Assembly: GCA_963730945.1 (NCBI GenBank)
Contig: CAVSTV010000006.1
Coordinates: forward strand, 25,612-89,611
Length of the DNA stretch: 64,000 nt
Source: an uncultured Actinomycetota bacterium
GTDB lineage: Bacteria > Actinomycetota > Actinomycetes > Mycobacteriales > Pseudonocardiaceae
Direction of reading: 5' to 3'
The position numbers and the translations under genes are program-made. Shown piece after piece: positions 1 through 9,790 of the stretch. The stretch's first letter is position 1; the number at the start of each line of letters is the position of its first letter. Under the pieces are notes generated by a model. The model ran no database searches. It had not been told where the DNA came from and was given only the letters and a program-made list of their open reading frames with translations.

Positions 1-353
1 TGATGGAGGCCGCGGCGACCCGGGCCGTGCACGCCGACCCGGCCACCGCGGCGCAGGCGTTCATCGGGGTGCTGGACCATTGGGACCGGGTCGGCGACTG
101 GTCCCAGCAGTGGCTGAACCTGCGCTATGTCGTGCGGTTGCTGGTGCGCCTTGGCGCCGCCGACGACGCCGTCACGCTGCACCACGCGCTGGGCGCGGCC
201 GGCAAACCGTCGCCGCTCGACGGGACCGATCTGGCCGCTCTCGCCGGCTCCCTCGGTCCGGAGCGGTTCGCCGACGCGGCCCGGCGGGGATCGGATCTGA
301 CCGGTGCGGCCGCCGTCTCGTACGCCCGCACCGGCCTGCGCCGATACGTCTGA
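1..353 (+). CDS. 3' end of a probable SARP/BTAD-type (AfsR-like) transcriptional regulator, truncated by the window edge
   Basis: Frame-3 ORF open at the window edge; helical TPR-like tail (HWDRVGDWSQQWLNLR...GPERFADAARRG) recalled from ATPase/BTAD regulators found upstream of this methyltransferase type. Confidence 0.45.
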   Translation, partial: MEAAATRAVHADPATAAQAFIGVLDHWDRVGDWSQQWLNLRYVVRLLVRLGAADDAVTLHHALGAAGKPSPLDGTDLAALAGSLGPERFADAARRGSDLTGAAAVSYARTGLRRYV

Positions 354-450
354 GCTGCGCATTTCACGCGTTCTCAAGTCCTGCCGAAGCCGCGGCACGC
401 AGTCTTCTCTCCACACCGGAAACCCGGAACACAACGGAGTGGAGAAGATC

Positions 451-1275
451 ATGACGAACGCTGTTGCGAGCGACGCCGACCGCGAGCTGAAGGCGAAGCA
501 CCGCGCGCTCTGGGCGTCCGGGGACTACCCGGCGGTGGCCGCCGAGCTGATCCCGTCGCTGGGCCCCGCGCTGGTGGCGGCCTGCGGGATCCGGGCCGGC
601 CAGCGGGTGCTCGACGTCGGTGCCGGATCCGGCAACGCCGCCATCCCGGCGGCCGAGCGCGGCGCCGTGGTCACCGCCTCGGACCTGACTCCCGAGCTGT
701 TCGACGCCGGCCGCACGATCGCCGCCGACCGCGGGGTCGAGCTGGACTGGGTGGAGGCCGACGCCGAGGCGCTGCCCTTCGCCGACGACGGCTACGACGT
801 GGTGATGTCGTGCGTCGGGGCGATGTTCGCGCCGCACCACCAGGTCACCGCCGACGAGCTGATCAGGGTCTGCCGGCCAGGCGGCACCATCGGAATGATC
901 AACTGGACGCCGGAGGGCTTCATCGGCAACGTGTTCGCGACCATGAAGCCGTACGCGCCGCCGCCCCCGCCCGGCGCCACGCCGGCGCCCCGCTGGGGCG
1001 ACGAGCAGCACGTCCGGGAGCTGTTCGGTGACCGGGTCGTCGACCTCGACGTCCAGCGCCGGACCGTCGTCATGGACCACTGCCCCGACCCGACCGCGTT
1101 CCGCGAGTACTGGAAGCGCAACTACGGGCCGACCATCGCGGTCTACCGGTTCAACGCCGCCGACCCCGAGCGGGTCGCGCAGCTGGACCGGGACTTCCTG
1201 GATTTCCTCACCACGTGGAACCGAGGCGGTACCTACACGGCCGAGTACCTGCTGGTCACCGCGCGCAAGCGGTAG
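451..1275 (+). CDS. Class I SAM-dependent methyltransferase
   Basis: Motif I VLDVGAGSG, EADAEALPF, YDVVMSCVGAMF; GGAG RBS before ATG 451. Confidence 0.9.
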   Translation: MTNAVASDADRELKAKHRALWASGDYPAVAAELIPSLGPALVAACGIRAGQRVLDVGAGSGNAAIPAAERGAVVTASDLTPELFDAGRTIAADRGVELDWVEADAEALPFADDGYDVVMSCVGAMFAPHHQVTADELIRVCRPGGTIGMINWTPEGFIGNVFATMKPYAPPPPPGATPAPRWGDEQHVRELFGDRVVDLDVQRRTVVMDHCPDPTAFREYWKRNYGPTIAVYRFNAADPERVAQLDRDFLDFLTTWNRGGTYTAEYLLVTARKR

Positions 1276-1314
1276 CCGGTCGGCGCCGCGGAGAGAAGCG
1301 GGAGGAGGAGTTCC

Positions 1315-2037
1315 GTGATGGGGGTTGCCACCGCGAGCGCGTCGACGACGCGCACCGGTTTCCGGGACGCGCTCGCCGTGGTCGTCGCGTACGTGCCGTT
1401 CGCGCTGGCGCTCGGCGCGGCCATGGCGGCCACCAGGTTGGACCCGCTGGTCGCCTGGTCCTCCTCGGCGCTGCTGTTCGGCGGCACCGCGCAGCTGGTC
1501 GCCGTCGGGCTGCTCGACGACGGCGCCGACGCGGCGGTGGTCATCGCCTGCGCGCTCGTGGTCAACCTGAGGATGCTGCTCTACAGCGCCTCGCTCGCCC
1601 CGCACGTGCGCGCCTGGCCGGGACGGTGGCGCTGGCCGGCGGCCTACCTGCTGGCCGATCCGGTGTACGCGCTGGCCATCGGCAGGTTCACCGGCCCGGG
1701 TCGCAGCGACGGGTGTCGGGACCGGCTCGCCTACTACCTCGTGGCCGGGGGCACCCTGTGGATCGGCTGGCAGCTGCTCACCGGAGCCGGGATCCTGCTG
1801 GCCGGGGCGCTGCCCGCATCGCTGGGGCTGGAGGTGGCGGCGCCGCTGACCTTCCTGCTCCTGCTGCTGCCGATGCTCACCGGTCGGGCCGCGTACGCCG
1901 CCGCCGCGGTCGGTGCCGCGGTCGCGGTGGCGGCCGCCGGGCTGCCGCTGGGACTGGGCCTGCTCGCCGGGGCGACGGCCGGCATGGTCGCGGGTGCACT
2001 GGTCTCAGGCGTACTGGTTGGGGGCCGCCGTGCGTGA
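1315..2037 (+). CDS. azlC: AzlC-family branched-chain amino acid exporter permease
   Basis: S..LFGGTAQL, VNLRMLLYSASL, LLADPVYA motifs; hydrophobic; overlaps the AzlD-like gene. Confidence 0.85.
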   Translation: MMGVATASASTTRTGFRDALAVVVAYVPFALALGAAMAATRLDPLVAWSSSALLFGGTAQLVAVGLLDDGADAAVVIACALVVNLRMLLYSASLAPHVRAWPGRWRWPAAYLLADPVYALAIGRFTGPGRSDGCRDRLAYYLVAGGTLWIGWQLLTGAGILLAGALPASLGLEVAAPLTFLLLLLPMLTGRAAYAAAAVGAAVAVAAAGLPLGLGLLAGATAGMVAGALVSGVLVGGRRA

Positions 2038-2353
2038 GCTGCTCATCCTCGCCGCGATCGGGCTGGGGACCTACGCGATGCGCGCGGTGTTCCTGGTGAC
2101 CGCCCGCTCGGCGCCACCCGCCGGGGTGGCGCGGCTGCTGCCGCATCTCGGGCCCGCGGTGCTGGCCGCCATCACGCTGCCGACCCTGCTCGCCCCGCGG
2201 GGTGCGGTCGCCGCGGCCGAGACGCTGCCCGCCCTGGGCGCCGCGGCCGTGACCTGGCTGCTGTGGCGGCGCACCGGACGACTGCCGGCGGCGCTGTTCG
2301 GCGGCCTGGGCGTCTGGTGGCTCGCGGGCGCGATGCTGACCGCCGCCACCTGA
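2030..2353 (+). CDS. azlD: AzlD-domain membrane protein
   Basis: GLGTYAMRAVFL, LLPHLGPAVLAAI motifs; GTG start overlaps the azlC stop. Confidence 0.8.
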   Translation: MRELLILAAIGLGTYAMRAVFLVTARSAPPAGVARLLPHLGPAVLAAITLPTLLAPRGAVAAAETLPALGAAAVTWLLWRRTGRLPAALFGGLGVWWLAGAMLTAAT

Positions 2354-2404
2354 CCGGCACCCACGGCCCGGCCACCACGCCCGGGCGAATCCGCCGGGGC
2401 GGGG

Positions 2405-4793
2405 TCAGCCGATGCGTCGAGGGACGAGCGCGGTGACCGCCGCGCTCTCCCGGTGCGCGGTGTTGTGACGCTCCAGCCACTGCGCGAAGTCCGCGGCCGC
2501 GGTCGGCCGCAGGTGCAGGTAGCCCTGCGCCGAGTCGGCGCCGACCTCACGCAGGAACTGCTGCTGGTCGACGCGCTCGACGCCCTCCGCCACGACCTGC
2601 AGCCCGAGCCGGCCGGCCAGCCGCACGATCGCCTCCACGATGGTCTTGTCGGCGATGTGCGACGGCCCCGCCGACAGGAACGATTTGTCGATCTTGACGA
2701 TGGTCAGCGGCACGAGGCGCAGGGTGCTCAGCGCCGAGTAGCCGGTGCCGAAATCGTCGACGGCGATCGCGACCTCCAGGGCGGCGATAGCCTGCAGCGC
2801 GTGCCGGACCGCGGCCGAGTCCAGCACCATCCCCTCGGTGATCTCCACGACCAGCCGGCTCGGCTCCATCGCGAAATCCGCGACGCAGGAGCGCACTATG
2901 TCGATGAAGCCCGGGTCGGTCAGCTGCGCGGCCGACACGTTGACGTGCACCGCGAGCCGACCGGACGGGCCGCACCAGGCCGCGGCGTCGGAGCAGGCCC
3001 GGCGCAGCACCAGCTCGCCGATGTCGACGATCGCGCCGGTGCGCTCTGCGGTCGGCACGAACTCCGCGGGATGCAGCAACCCCCGGGTCGGGTGAAGCCA
3101 CCGCACCAGGGCCTCGACGGCCACGCACCGGCCGTCCTGCACCGACACGATGGGCTGGTAGTGCACCACGAGTTGATCGGCGGCGGCCGCCGCTGCGAGC
3201 TCGGACTCGAACACGGCCCGCCCGTCCTCCCGCAGCAGGCTGGGATCGAACACCTGCACCCGGTTCTTGCCCTTGGCCTTCGCCGCGTACATGGCGATGT
3301 CGGCGCGCTGCACGAGCTGCTCGCCGCCGACATCACCGGGTCCGGCGAAGGCCAGGCCCACGCTCGCACCCACCTGCGCCAGCCGCCCGCGCAGCGTCAC
3401 CGGCGCCGCGATGCGCTCGACGAGGCGCTGCCCGATGAGGACGGCGTCGGAGGCGGCGTCGGCCAGCAGCACCGCGAACTCGTCACCCCCGAGCCGCGCG
3501 CACAGGTCATCGGGCCGGACACCGGCCCGCAGCCGGGCGGCCACGGTGCGCAGCAGCTCATCGCCCGCGGAATGGCCCAGGTCGTCGTTCACGATCTTGA
3601 AGTCGTCCAGGTCCAGGAACAGCAGCGCGACGTGCCGGGTCCGCGACGGCGAGGGCGGCCCCCAGCGCGGCGGTGAACGCGGCCCGGTTGACCAGGCCGG
3701 TCAACGGGTCCGCGCTGGCCTGGGTGGCCAGGTCCTGATGGGCCGTGCTGTTGCGCAACGCCAACGCCACCTCGTTGGTCATCGAGCCGACCGACACCAC
3801 CGCTTCGGGGGGTACCCCGCTCGCGGCGCCGAGCAGGATCCAGCTGCCGGCATCGTGGGCGAGCGGCAAGCCCAGCCAGGTGCCGTCGAGACCGGTGGCC
3901 GCGACCAGCGGACGGCTGTCCGGCAGCGGCTGTACACCGCCACCGTGGTCCGCGGGCAGGACCGAGGGCGGCACCGTGCGCAGAGCCGACGGCGGCCCGC
4001 CGGCCTGGTAGCAGACCGTCGTACCGCGATCGGTCTGCATGACCACCAGCATCCGCAACCCGGGGGTCGCGGCACAGATCGCGTCGCAACACTCGTCGGC
4101 CAGCAGCCGGATCTGCGCCCGGCCGGTCACCCCGATGAGTCGGCTGCTCAGCTGCAACAGCGCGGCGTCGCGCTCCCGGGACTGCTCCTGGGCGTGCAGG
4201 CTGCGCGCCAGGTACCGGGCCACCCCGACAGTCAGGAACATGATCGGGACCGCGCCGAGGATGCCCAGGACCTCGGTCATCGGCGACGCGTCGGGACGTC
4301 CCGGCAGCGTCGGCCACACCGAGAGGGCCGTCACCACCGCCGCCGCCACGAACCCCGTGTGCAGCACCGCCCCACGGGTGGAGCCGTAGAGCGCGCGCAG
4401 CCACAGGGAGGCGAACACGTAGGTGAAGATGCTCGCCGGGTGGCTCGCGGCCACCGACGTCGCCAGGACCAGCACCGCCTCCATCCCGCCGAGCAGCACC
4501 GGGGCGCGGCCGGACAGGTAGCGGTAGCCCCACACCGCGACCAACCCGGGGTAGGCGACGGCGTCGATCAGGAACGGCAGCGACCCCGACGTCGCGATCA
4601 GGCCGGGCAGCGACAGCAGCAGCGACACCAACGCGAGCACGGTGAACAACCATCGCGTCCGCGCCACCAGGCCGTCCGGCCGGCGCAGCCACGCCCATCG
4701 CGCCCTCGGCTCCGCCCGCGCCCCCACGTCCACCGCCACCGCCACCGCCACCGTCCCGAACTCGATCCGGATCAGGCGGAGCTCAGGGTTCAC
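2405..4793 (-). pseudogene. Membrane-anchored GGDEF-EAL diguanylate cyclase/phosphodiesterase, split by a frameshift near 3635 (start uncertain)
   Basis: ORF 3558-4937 has TM helices, a GAF-like region and DPLTGLVNR; the reading continues in another frame as HVALLFLDLDDFKIVNDDLGH...GGDEF...EAL-type (VEALVRW, DDFGTGYS) in ORF 2405-3592. Confidence 0.85.
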
Positions 4794-4944
4794 CGGAGCA
4801 ATGACCTGTTGGGCCTGGCAGATGAGCCTAACTTTGCCAAGGCGCTCGGCGAACACTGTGCGCCCTTCACGATCGGGCGGCCAATCGTGGCGGCGACGAG
4901 GGGTCCAGGCCGGCCGACCAGCGACCGACCTGGACACTTGACGG

Positions 4945-5484
<540 letters not shown>

Positions 5485-5703
5485 AATAGCCGGCAGGTCC
5501 TCCTACCTACGGATCTGCGGTCGGGGATGCCCGGATAGGTAGCACTCACGGATGTCGGCTCCGGACGGCGCGGCCACCATCGATCCCGTCAACAACCCGT
5601 CGCACCTCCTCCCGACCTCGAGAGGCAGCCCCATGTCCAGCTCCACCCTGCGCCGCCGGACGGCCACCTTCGTCCTGATCATGGCCGCCGGCCTCGGCGG
5701 CGC

Positions 5704-6426
5704 ATGATGCGCGCTTTCCTGGCCGCCCGCGACGCCGCCGCGCTGGCCGCCCTGCCCGCTCCGCCGCGGTTCTACCCCGGCGCCGTCCCCCGCCGGCCCG
5801 GCGAGCCGGCGCCGGACCTTTCCGACTACCGCATCGTGCACCGGGCCATGACCGTGGATCTCGACCGGCTCGCCGTCGCCGCCGCCGAGCTCGTCGACCG
5901 GCCCGATCCCGCCCGGCTGGCCGCGCTGCGCCACTACCTGCACGCCGTGTCCGGGGAGATCGAGAGCCACCACCAGGTCGAGGACGAGCACATCTGGCCG
6001 TTGCTGGCCGCCGTGGCCGCCGACCCGGCGGGGCTGGCGGGGCTGAGCGACGACCACGAGCGGCTCGACCCGCTGCTGCGCCGCGCCCGCGAGCTCACCG
6101 GCGCCGAGCGCGCCACCTGGGAGCTCGCCACGGTGCTGCGCGAGGCGTCCGACCTGCTCACCCGGCACGTCGTCGACAAGGAGCGGGTGGTCTTCGAGCT
6201 CATCGCCGACCACGTGCGCGTCGCGGACTACCAGCGGCTGCAGCGCAGCTTCCGGGAGAACCTGACGCCGCGGCTGCTGCCCTTCCTCATGCCCTGGACC
6301 GTGCGGCACGCCACCGCCGAGGAGCGGCCGCACCTGCTCGCGTCGGCCGGGGCGCCGATGCGCCTGCTGCTGCGCCTGGTCGAGGGCCGCTTCCGCGCCC
6401 GCGAGGCGCTGCTGTTCGGTGCTTGA
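5704..6426 (+). CDS. Hemerythrin/HHE cation-binding domain protein
   Basis: H-R-A-M, HHQVEDEHIWP, DDHERL, RHVVDKE iron-ligand pattern (the last HxxxE appears as HVVDKE). Confidence 0.8.
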   Translation: MMRAFLAARDAAALAALPAPPRFYPGAVPRRPGEPAPDLSDYRIVHRAMTVDLDRLAVAAAELVDRPDPARLAALRHYLHAVSGEIESHHQVEDEHIWPLLAAVAADPAGLAGLSDDHERLDPLLRRARELTGAERATWELATVLREASDLLTRHVVDKERVVFELIADHVRVADYQRLQRSFRENLTPRLLPFLMPWTVRHATAEERPHLLASAGAPMRLLLRLVEGRFRAREALLFGA

Positions 6427-6536
6427 TCAGCGCCTGCGGGCCGGAGCTTCACATGGAGCGTGTTGCCGAATCCTCAGCAACCGTCAGGGCACGCCCGAGC
6501 CGCCATCGGGCACCCCGGACGGTTCGGCGACGTCAA

Positions 6537-6596
6537 GATCACCGCCTGCGGTCGCTGAGCTGCACGGATGAAGCTAATCGACCGCAGACGCCGATC
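6537..6596. repeat. Imperfect GATC-ended palindrome between convergent genes (REP-like or bidirectional terminator)
   Basis: CTGCGGTCG 6546-6554 pairs with CGACCGCAG 6579-6587; inner AGCT/AGCT; outer GATC ends. Confidence 0.5.
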
Positions 6597-6604
6597 ATGA
6601 CTGA

Positions 6605-9226
6605 TCATGGCGGCGGCGCCGGGTCCATCCGGCGGGCGGCCGCGGCGGCGTCGCGGCGGGACCGGACGCCGAGCTTGTCGAAGATGGCCGCCACGTGGTG
6701 GTCCACGGTCCGCACCGACAGCACCAGCCGGGCCGCGATCTCCGGGTTGGTCATGCCCTCGGCGAGCAGGGCCAGCACGTTGAGCTGGCGCTCGGTCAAC
6801 CCGGCCGGGTTGGACCGGGTGCTCGCAGCCGGGCCGCGTGGCACCCGGGTGACCCCGAGCGCGGCGAGGCGCTCGCGCACCACCCTCGATGCCGCCACCG
6901 CGCCGAGCTCATCGAGGGTGCGCAGCGCCGCCACCGTCGGCTCGACCTCGCCCGATTCGGACAGCTCCAGCGCCTGCTCGTAGGGGTCACCGATCCGCGC
7001 CCACGCCGCCGCGGCGGCCTCCCAGTCCCCGTCCAGCCCGGCGGCCCAGGGCTGCGGGCAGCCCGGGAACGACCCGGCGTCGAGCCCGGCCCGGGCCAGG
7101 TAGCGCAGCAGCTCCCCGATCACCGGTGCCGCACCCGCCCGGTCCCGGCGGCTCAGCAGCACCTCGGCGACCGGCCGGGCGCGGTCGGGTTGCCCGGTCA
7201 GCCAGGCCCACTCGACGATCGCGGTCCCGGCGAACGCCAGCCCGAACAGCGAACGCTGCTCGCTCGCCCGTCGCCACGCCTCCGCCAGCAGCGGCCCGGC
7301 CTCGGGGCGGCCGCGGCGGGCGAGCAGCCGCGCGTAGGGCGGGACGCTGTAGACGTAGAGCATGCCGACCTCGTCGGTCGCGGCGACCAGGTCGCGCAGC
7401 GCGTCCTCGGCCGGCCGCCAGTCGCCGCGGCGGATCTGCAGCAGGCAGCGGTGCACGTCGAGGTTGTAGGCGTGCGACCAGAAGCCGCGGACCCGGGTGA
7501 ACTCCAGCCCGGCCTCGACGACCTCGGCCAGCTCGTCGAGCTGCCCGAACCGGTAGAGGTGCTCGACGAGGTTGGTGTAGCCGCGCGCGGTGGCCTCGTC
7601 CAGGTCGGCGTCGAGCGCGAGCGCGAGGCTCTCCCGCAGCGGCACCAGCCCGGCCGGCCCCTCCAGGTCGGCGCGGGCCACGCCCAGGTAGTTCAGGCAC
7701 ATCGCCACCAGGTCCAGCCGGCCGGCCGGGCCGGCCAGCGCCCGGGCCCGGTCCAGCAGCGCCACCGCGGCCTCCGACCGTTCGGTGAGCGCGAGGATCG
7801 CCCCCCGCGAGCTGAGCGCGTGGGCCAGCGCGGCCGGCGGCGCGCCCGCCGACTCCAGCACGGCCACCGCCCGCTCGACCGCCTGCTCGGACCGGTCGGT
7901 GTCGCCGGCCATGTAGAGGTGCCGCGACAGCCGCACCAGGGCCTCGCCGAGCGCGCCGCGGACGTCGAGCTGCTCGTAGCGGCGCACCGCCTGCTCGGCG
8001 AAACCGACCGCGTCGTGGAACCGGTTGGCGTTGTAGAGCTCCCACGCGTAGTCGTCGAGCAGCCGGGCGTGCTCGGCCGGCGCCAGCTGGTCCGCGGTGC
8101 GCAGCGCGGCCTCGAAGTGGGCCAGCGCCTGGCGGTGCGAGCCCAGCCGGGCGGCTTCCCGGCCCGCGGCGGGGGCGAACGCGGCGACGGTCTCCCGGTC
8201 GTCGGCCTCCAACGCGTGGTGCACCAGCCGGTCGAGGTGCCGGTCCGGCTGGGCCAGCAACGCCCGCACGACCGCGCGGTTGAGCAGCCGCCGCCGGATC
8301 GCCGGCATGCTGGTCTCGATGGCCCGCCGCGCCAGCTCGTGCCGGAACGCCAACCCGGCGCCGCGCACCTGCAGCATGCCGCGTTCCTCGGCCTCGTCCA
8401 GCACCTCCAAGCCGGCGCCCAGCAGCGTCTCGGCCAGCTCGAAGCCCACCTGGGTGGGCACCACGGCCAGCTGTTCCAGGGCGTCCCGGCAGCCGGGGGT
8501 GAGCTGGCCGAGGCGGGCCACCACGGCGTCGGCGACGGTGCGCGGCACCCCGCCGGCCGGGGCGGCCAGCGCCTCGGTGACGAAGAACGGGTTGCCCCCG
8601 GTGAGCGCGTGCAGGGCCGCGTCGTCGCGGTCCGCCCCGTTCGGTCCGGCCCCCCGGACGAGCGCGCCGACCCCCGCCGCGGACAGCGGCTCCAGCGGCA
8701 ACCGGTGCACCGGGATGCCGGCGAGCTCCCCGAGCAGCGCCCGCAGCGGATGCGCAGGGCCGACCTCGTCGACGCGGAAGGTCAGCACCAGCACCCCGGG
8801 TACGTCGGTGATCCGGCGCGCGAGATAGCGCACGACGTCCAGGGTGGCGTCGTCCACCCAGTGCACGTCCTCCACCACCAGCACGGTGGCCCGGGCCCGC
8901 CCGAGCTCGGCGACCGACGCCGCGAAGACGGGTTCGACGGCGGTCTCGTCGAGCGCCCGCTCCAGCGGACCACCGGTCCCGTTCACCGCGTCGCGCAGCG
9001 GGCCGAGCGGCCGCCGGGTGTGCAGGTCGTCGCAGGCCCCGACCAGGACCCGCACGCTGCGGTCCACGGCAGCGAGGAACGCCCGGACCAGCGTGCTCTT
9101 GCCGATCCCGGCCTCACCGCTGACCAGCACCACCGACCCGTGCCCGGCCGCGGCGGCCGCGACGGCGTCCAGCAGCGCCTCGACCTGGCCGTCGCGTTCC
9201 AGCACGGCCCCGGCCACGGGCGCCAT
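6605..9226 (-). CDS. Large ATP-binding LuxR-family (LAL-type) transcriptional regulator
   Basis: Walker A GEAGIGKS, Walker B VVEDVHW, GGNPFFVTE, TPR-like middle, C-terminal LuxR HTH (LTERQLNVL...SVRTVDHHV). Confidence 0.9.
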   Translation of the reverse strand: MAPVAGAVLERDGQVEALLDAVAAAAAGHGSVVLVSGEAGIGKSTLVRAFLAAVDRSVRVLVGACDDLHTRRPLGPLRDAVNGTGGPLERALDETAVEPVFAASVAELGRARATVLVVEDVHWVDDATLDVVRYLARRITDVPGVLVLTFRVDEVGPAHPLRALLGELAGIPVHRLPLEPLSAAGVGALVRGAGPNGADRDDAALHALTGGNPFFVTEALAAPAGGVPRTVADAVVARLGQLTPGCRDALEQLAVVPTQVGFELAETLLGAGLEVLDEAEERGMLQVRGAGLAFRHELARRAIETSMPAIRRRLLNRAVVRALLAQPDRHLDRLVHHALEADDRETVAAFAPAAGREAARLGSHRQALAHFEAALRTADQLAPAEHARLLDDYAWELYNANRFHDAVGFAEQAVRRYEQLDVRGALGEALVRLSRHLYMAGDTDRSEQAVERAVAVLESAGAPPAALAHALSSRGAILALTERSEAAVALLDRARALAGPAGRLDLVAMCLNYLGVARADLEGPAGLVPLRESLALALDADLDEATARGYTNLVEHLYRFGQLDELAEVVEAGLEFTRVRGFWSHAYNLDVHRCLLQIRRGDWRPAEDALRDLVAATDEVGMLYVYSVPPYARLLARRGRPEAGPLLAEAWRRASEQRSLFGLAFAGTAIVEWAWLTGQPDRARPVAEVLLSRRDRAGAAPVIGELLRYLARAGLDAGSFPGCPQPWAAGLDGDWEAAAAAWARIGDPYEQALELSESGEVEPTVAALRTLDELGAVAASRVVRERLAALGVTRVPRGPAASTRSNPAGLTERQLNVLALLAEGMTNPEIAARLVLSVRTVDHHVAAIFDKLGVRSRRDAAAAARRMDPAPPP

Positions 9227-9236
9227 GCTTCCAGGG

Positions 9237-9746
9237 CTATCGGCCCAGGCGCCACCGGACCCAGGGCGTGCCGAACTCGCTGGGCACCATCCCCAACCGG
9301 GCGAGCACGCACTGCGAGGCGTGGTTGTCGGCGTCGGTGAACGCCACCACGCCGCCTACGCACAGGGCGTCGTCGAGCACCGCGCGCGCGGCCTCGGTGG
9401 CCAGGCCGCGGCCCCGGTAGCCCGGGTCCAGGCTGAACAGCAGCTCCACCTGCCGGTCGACCTGGCGCAGCCCGGCGGTCCCGAGCACCGGGCCGGCCGC
9501 CGAGCGGCGCAGCGCCCAGATGCCGTAGCCGGCGCGGGCGAAGTCCCGCTCGCTCCCCGCCACCACCTCCTCGACGGTGCGCAGCGGGAGCGGCCCGCCG
9601 TCCCAGAGGTGCCGGCCGACGGCGGGTTCGTTCCAGTGCCGGTGCAGCGGCTCAACGTCGGCGGTGCACACCGGGGTGAGGACGAGGCGCGGGGTGCGCA
9701 ACATCCGCCCGGGCCCGGCGGGGGTGCCTGCGGGGGTGGCGGTCAC
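9237..9746 (-). CDS. GNAT N-acetyltransferase, RimJ/RimL-like (ATG 9704 is an alternative start)
   Basis: LRTPRLVL, YRGRGLATEAARA acetyl-CoA motif, DNHASQCVLARLG. Confidence 0.85.
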   Translation of the reverse strand: MTATPAGTPAGPGRMLRTPRLVLTPVCTADVEPLHRHWNEPAVGRHLWDGGPLPLRTVEEVVAGSERDFARAGYGIWALRRSAAGPVLGTAGLRQVDRQVELLFSLDPGYRGRGLATEAARAVLDDALCVGGVVAFTDADNHASQCVLARLGMVPSEFGTPWVRWRLGR

Positions 9747-9790
9747 GCCACCTGTCTACCGGCGGCCGCCGGGTGCGGCGTCGGGATCGG

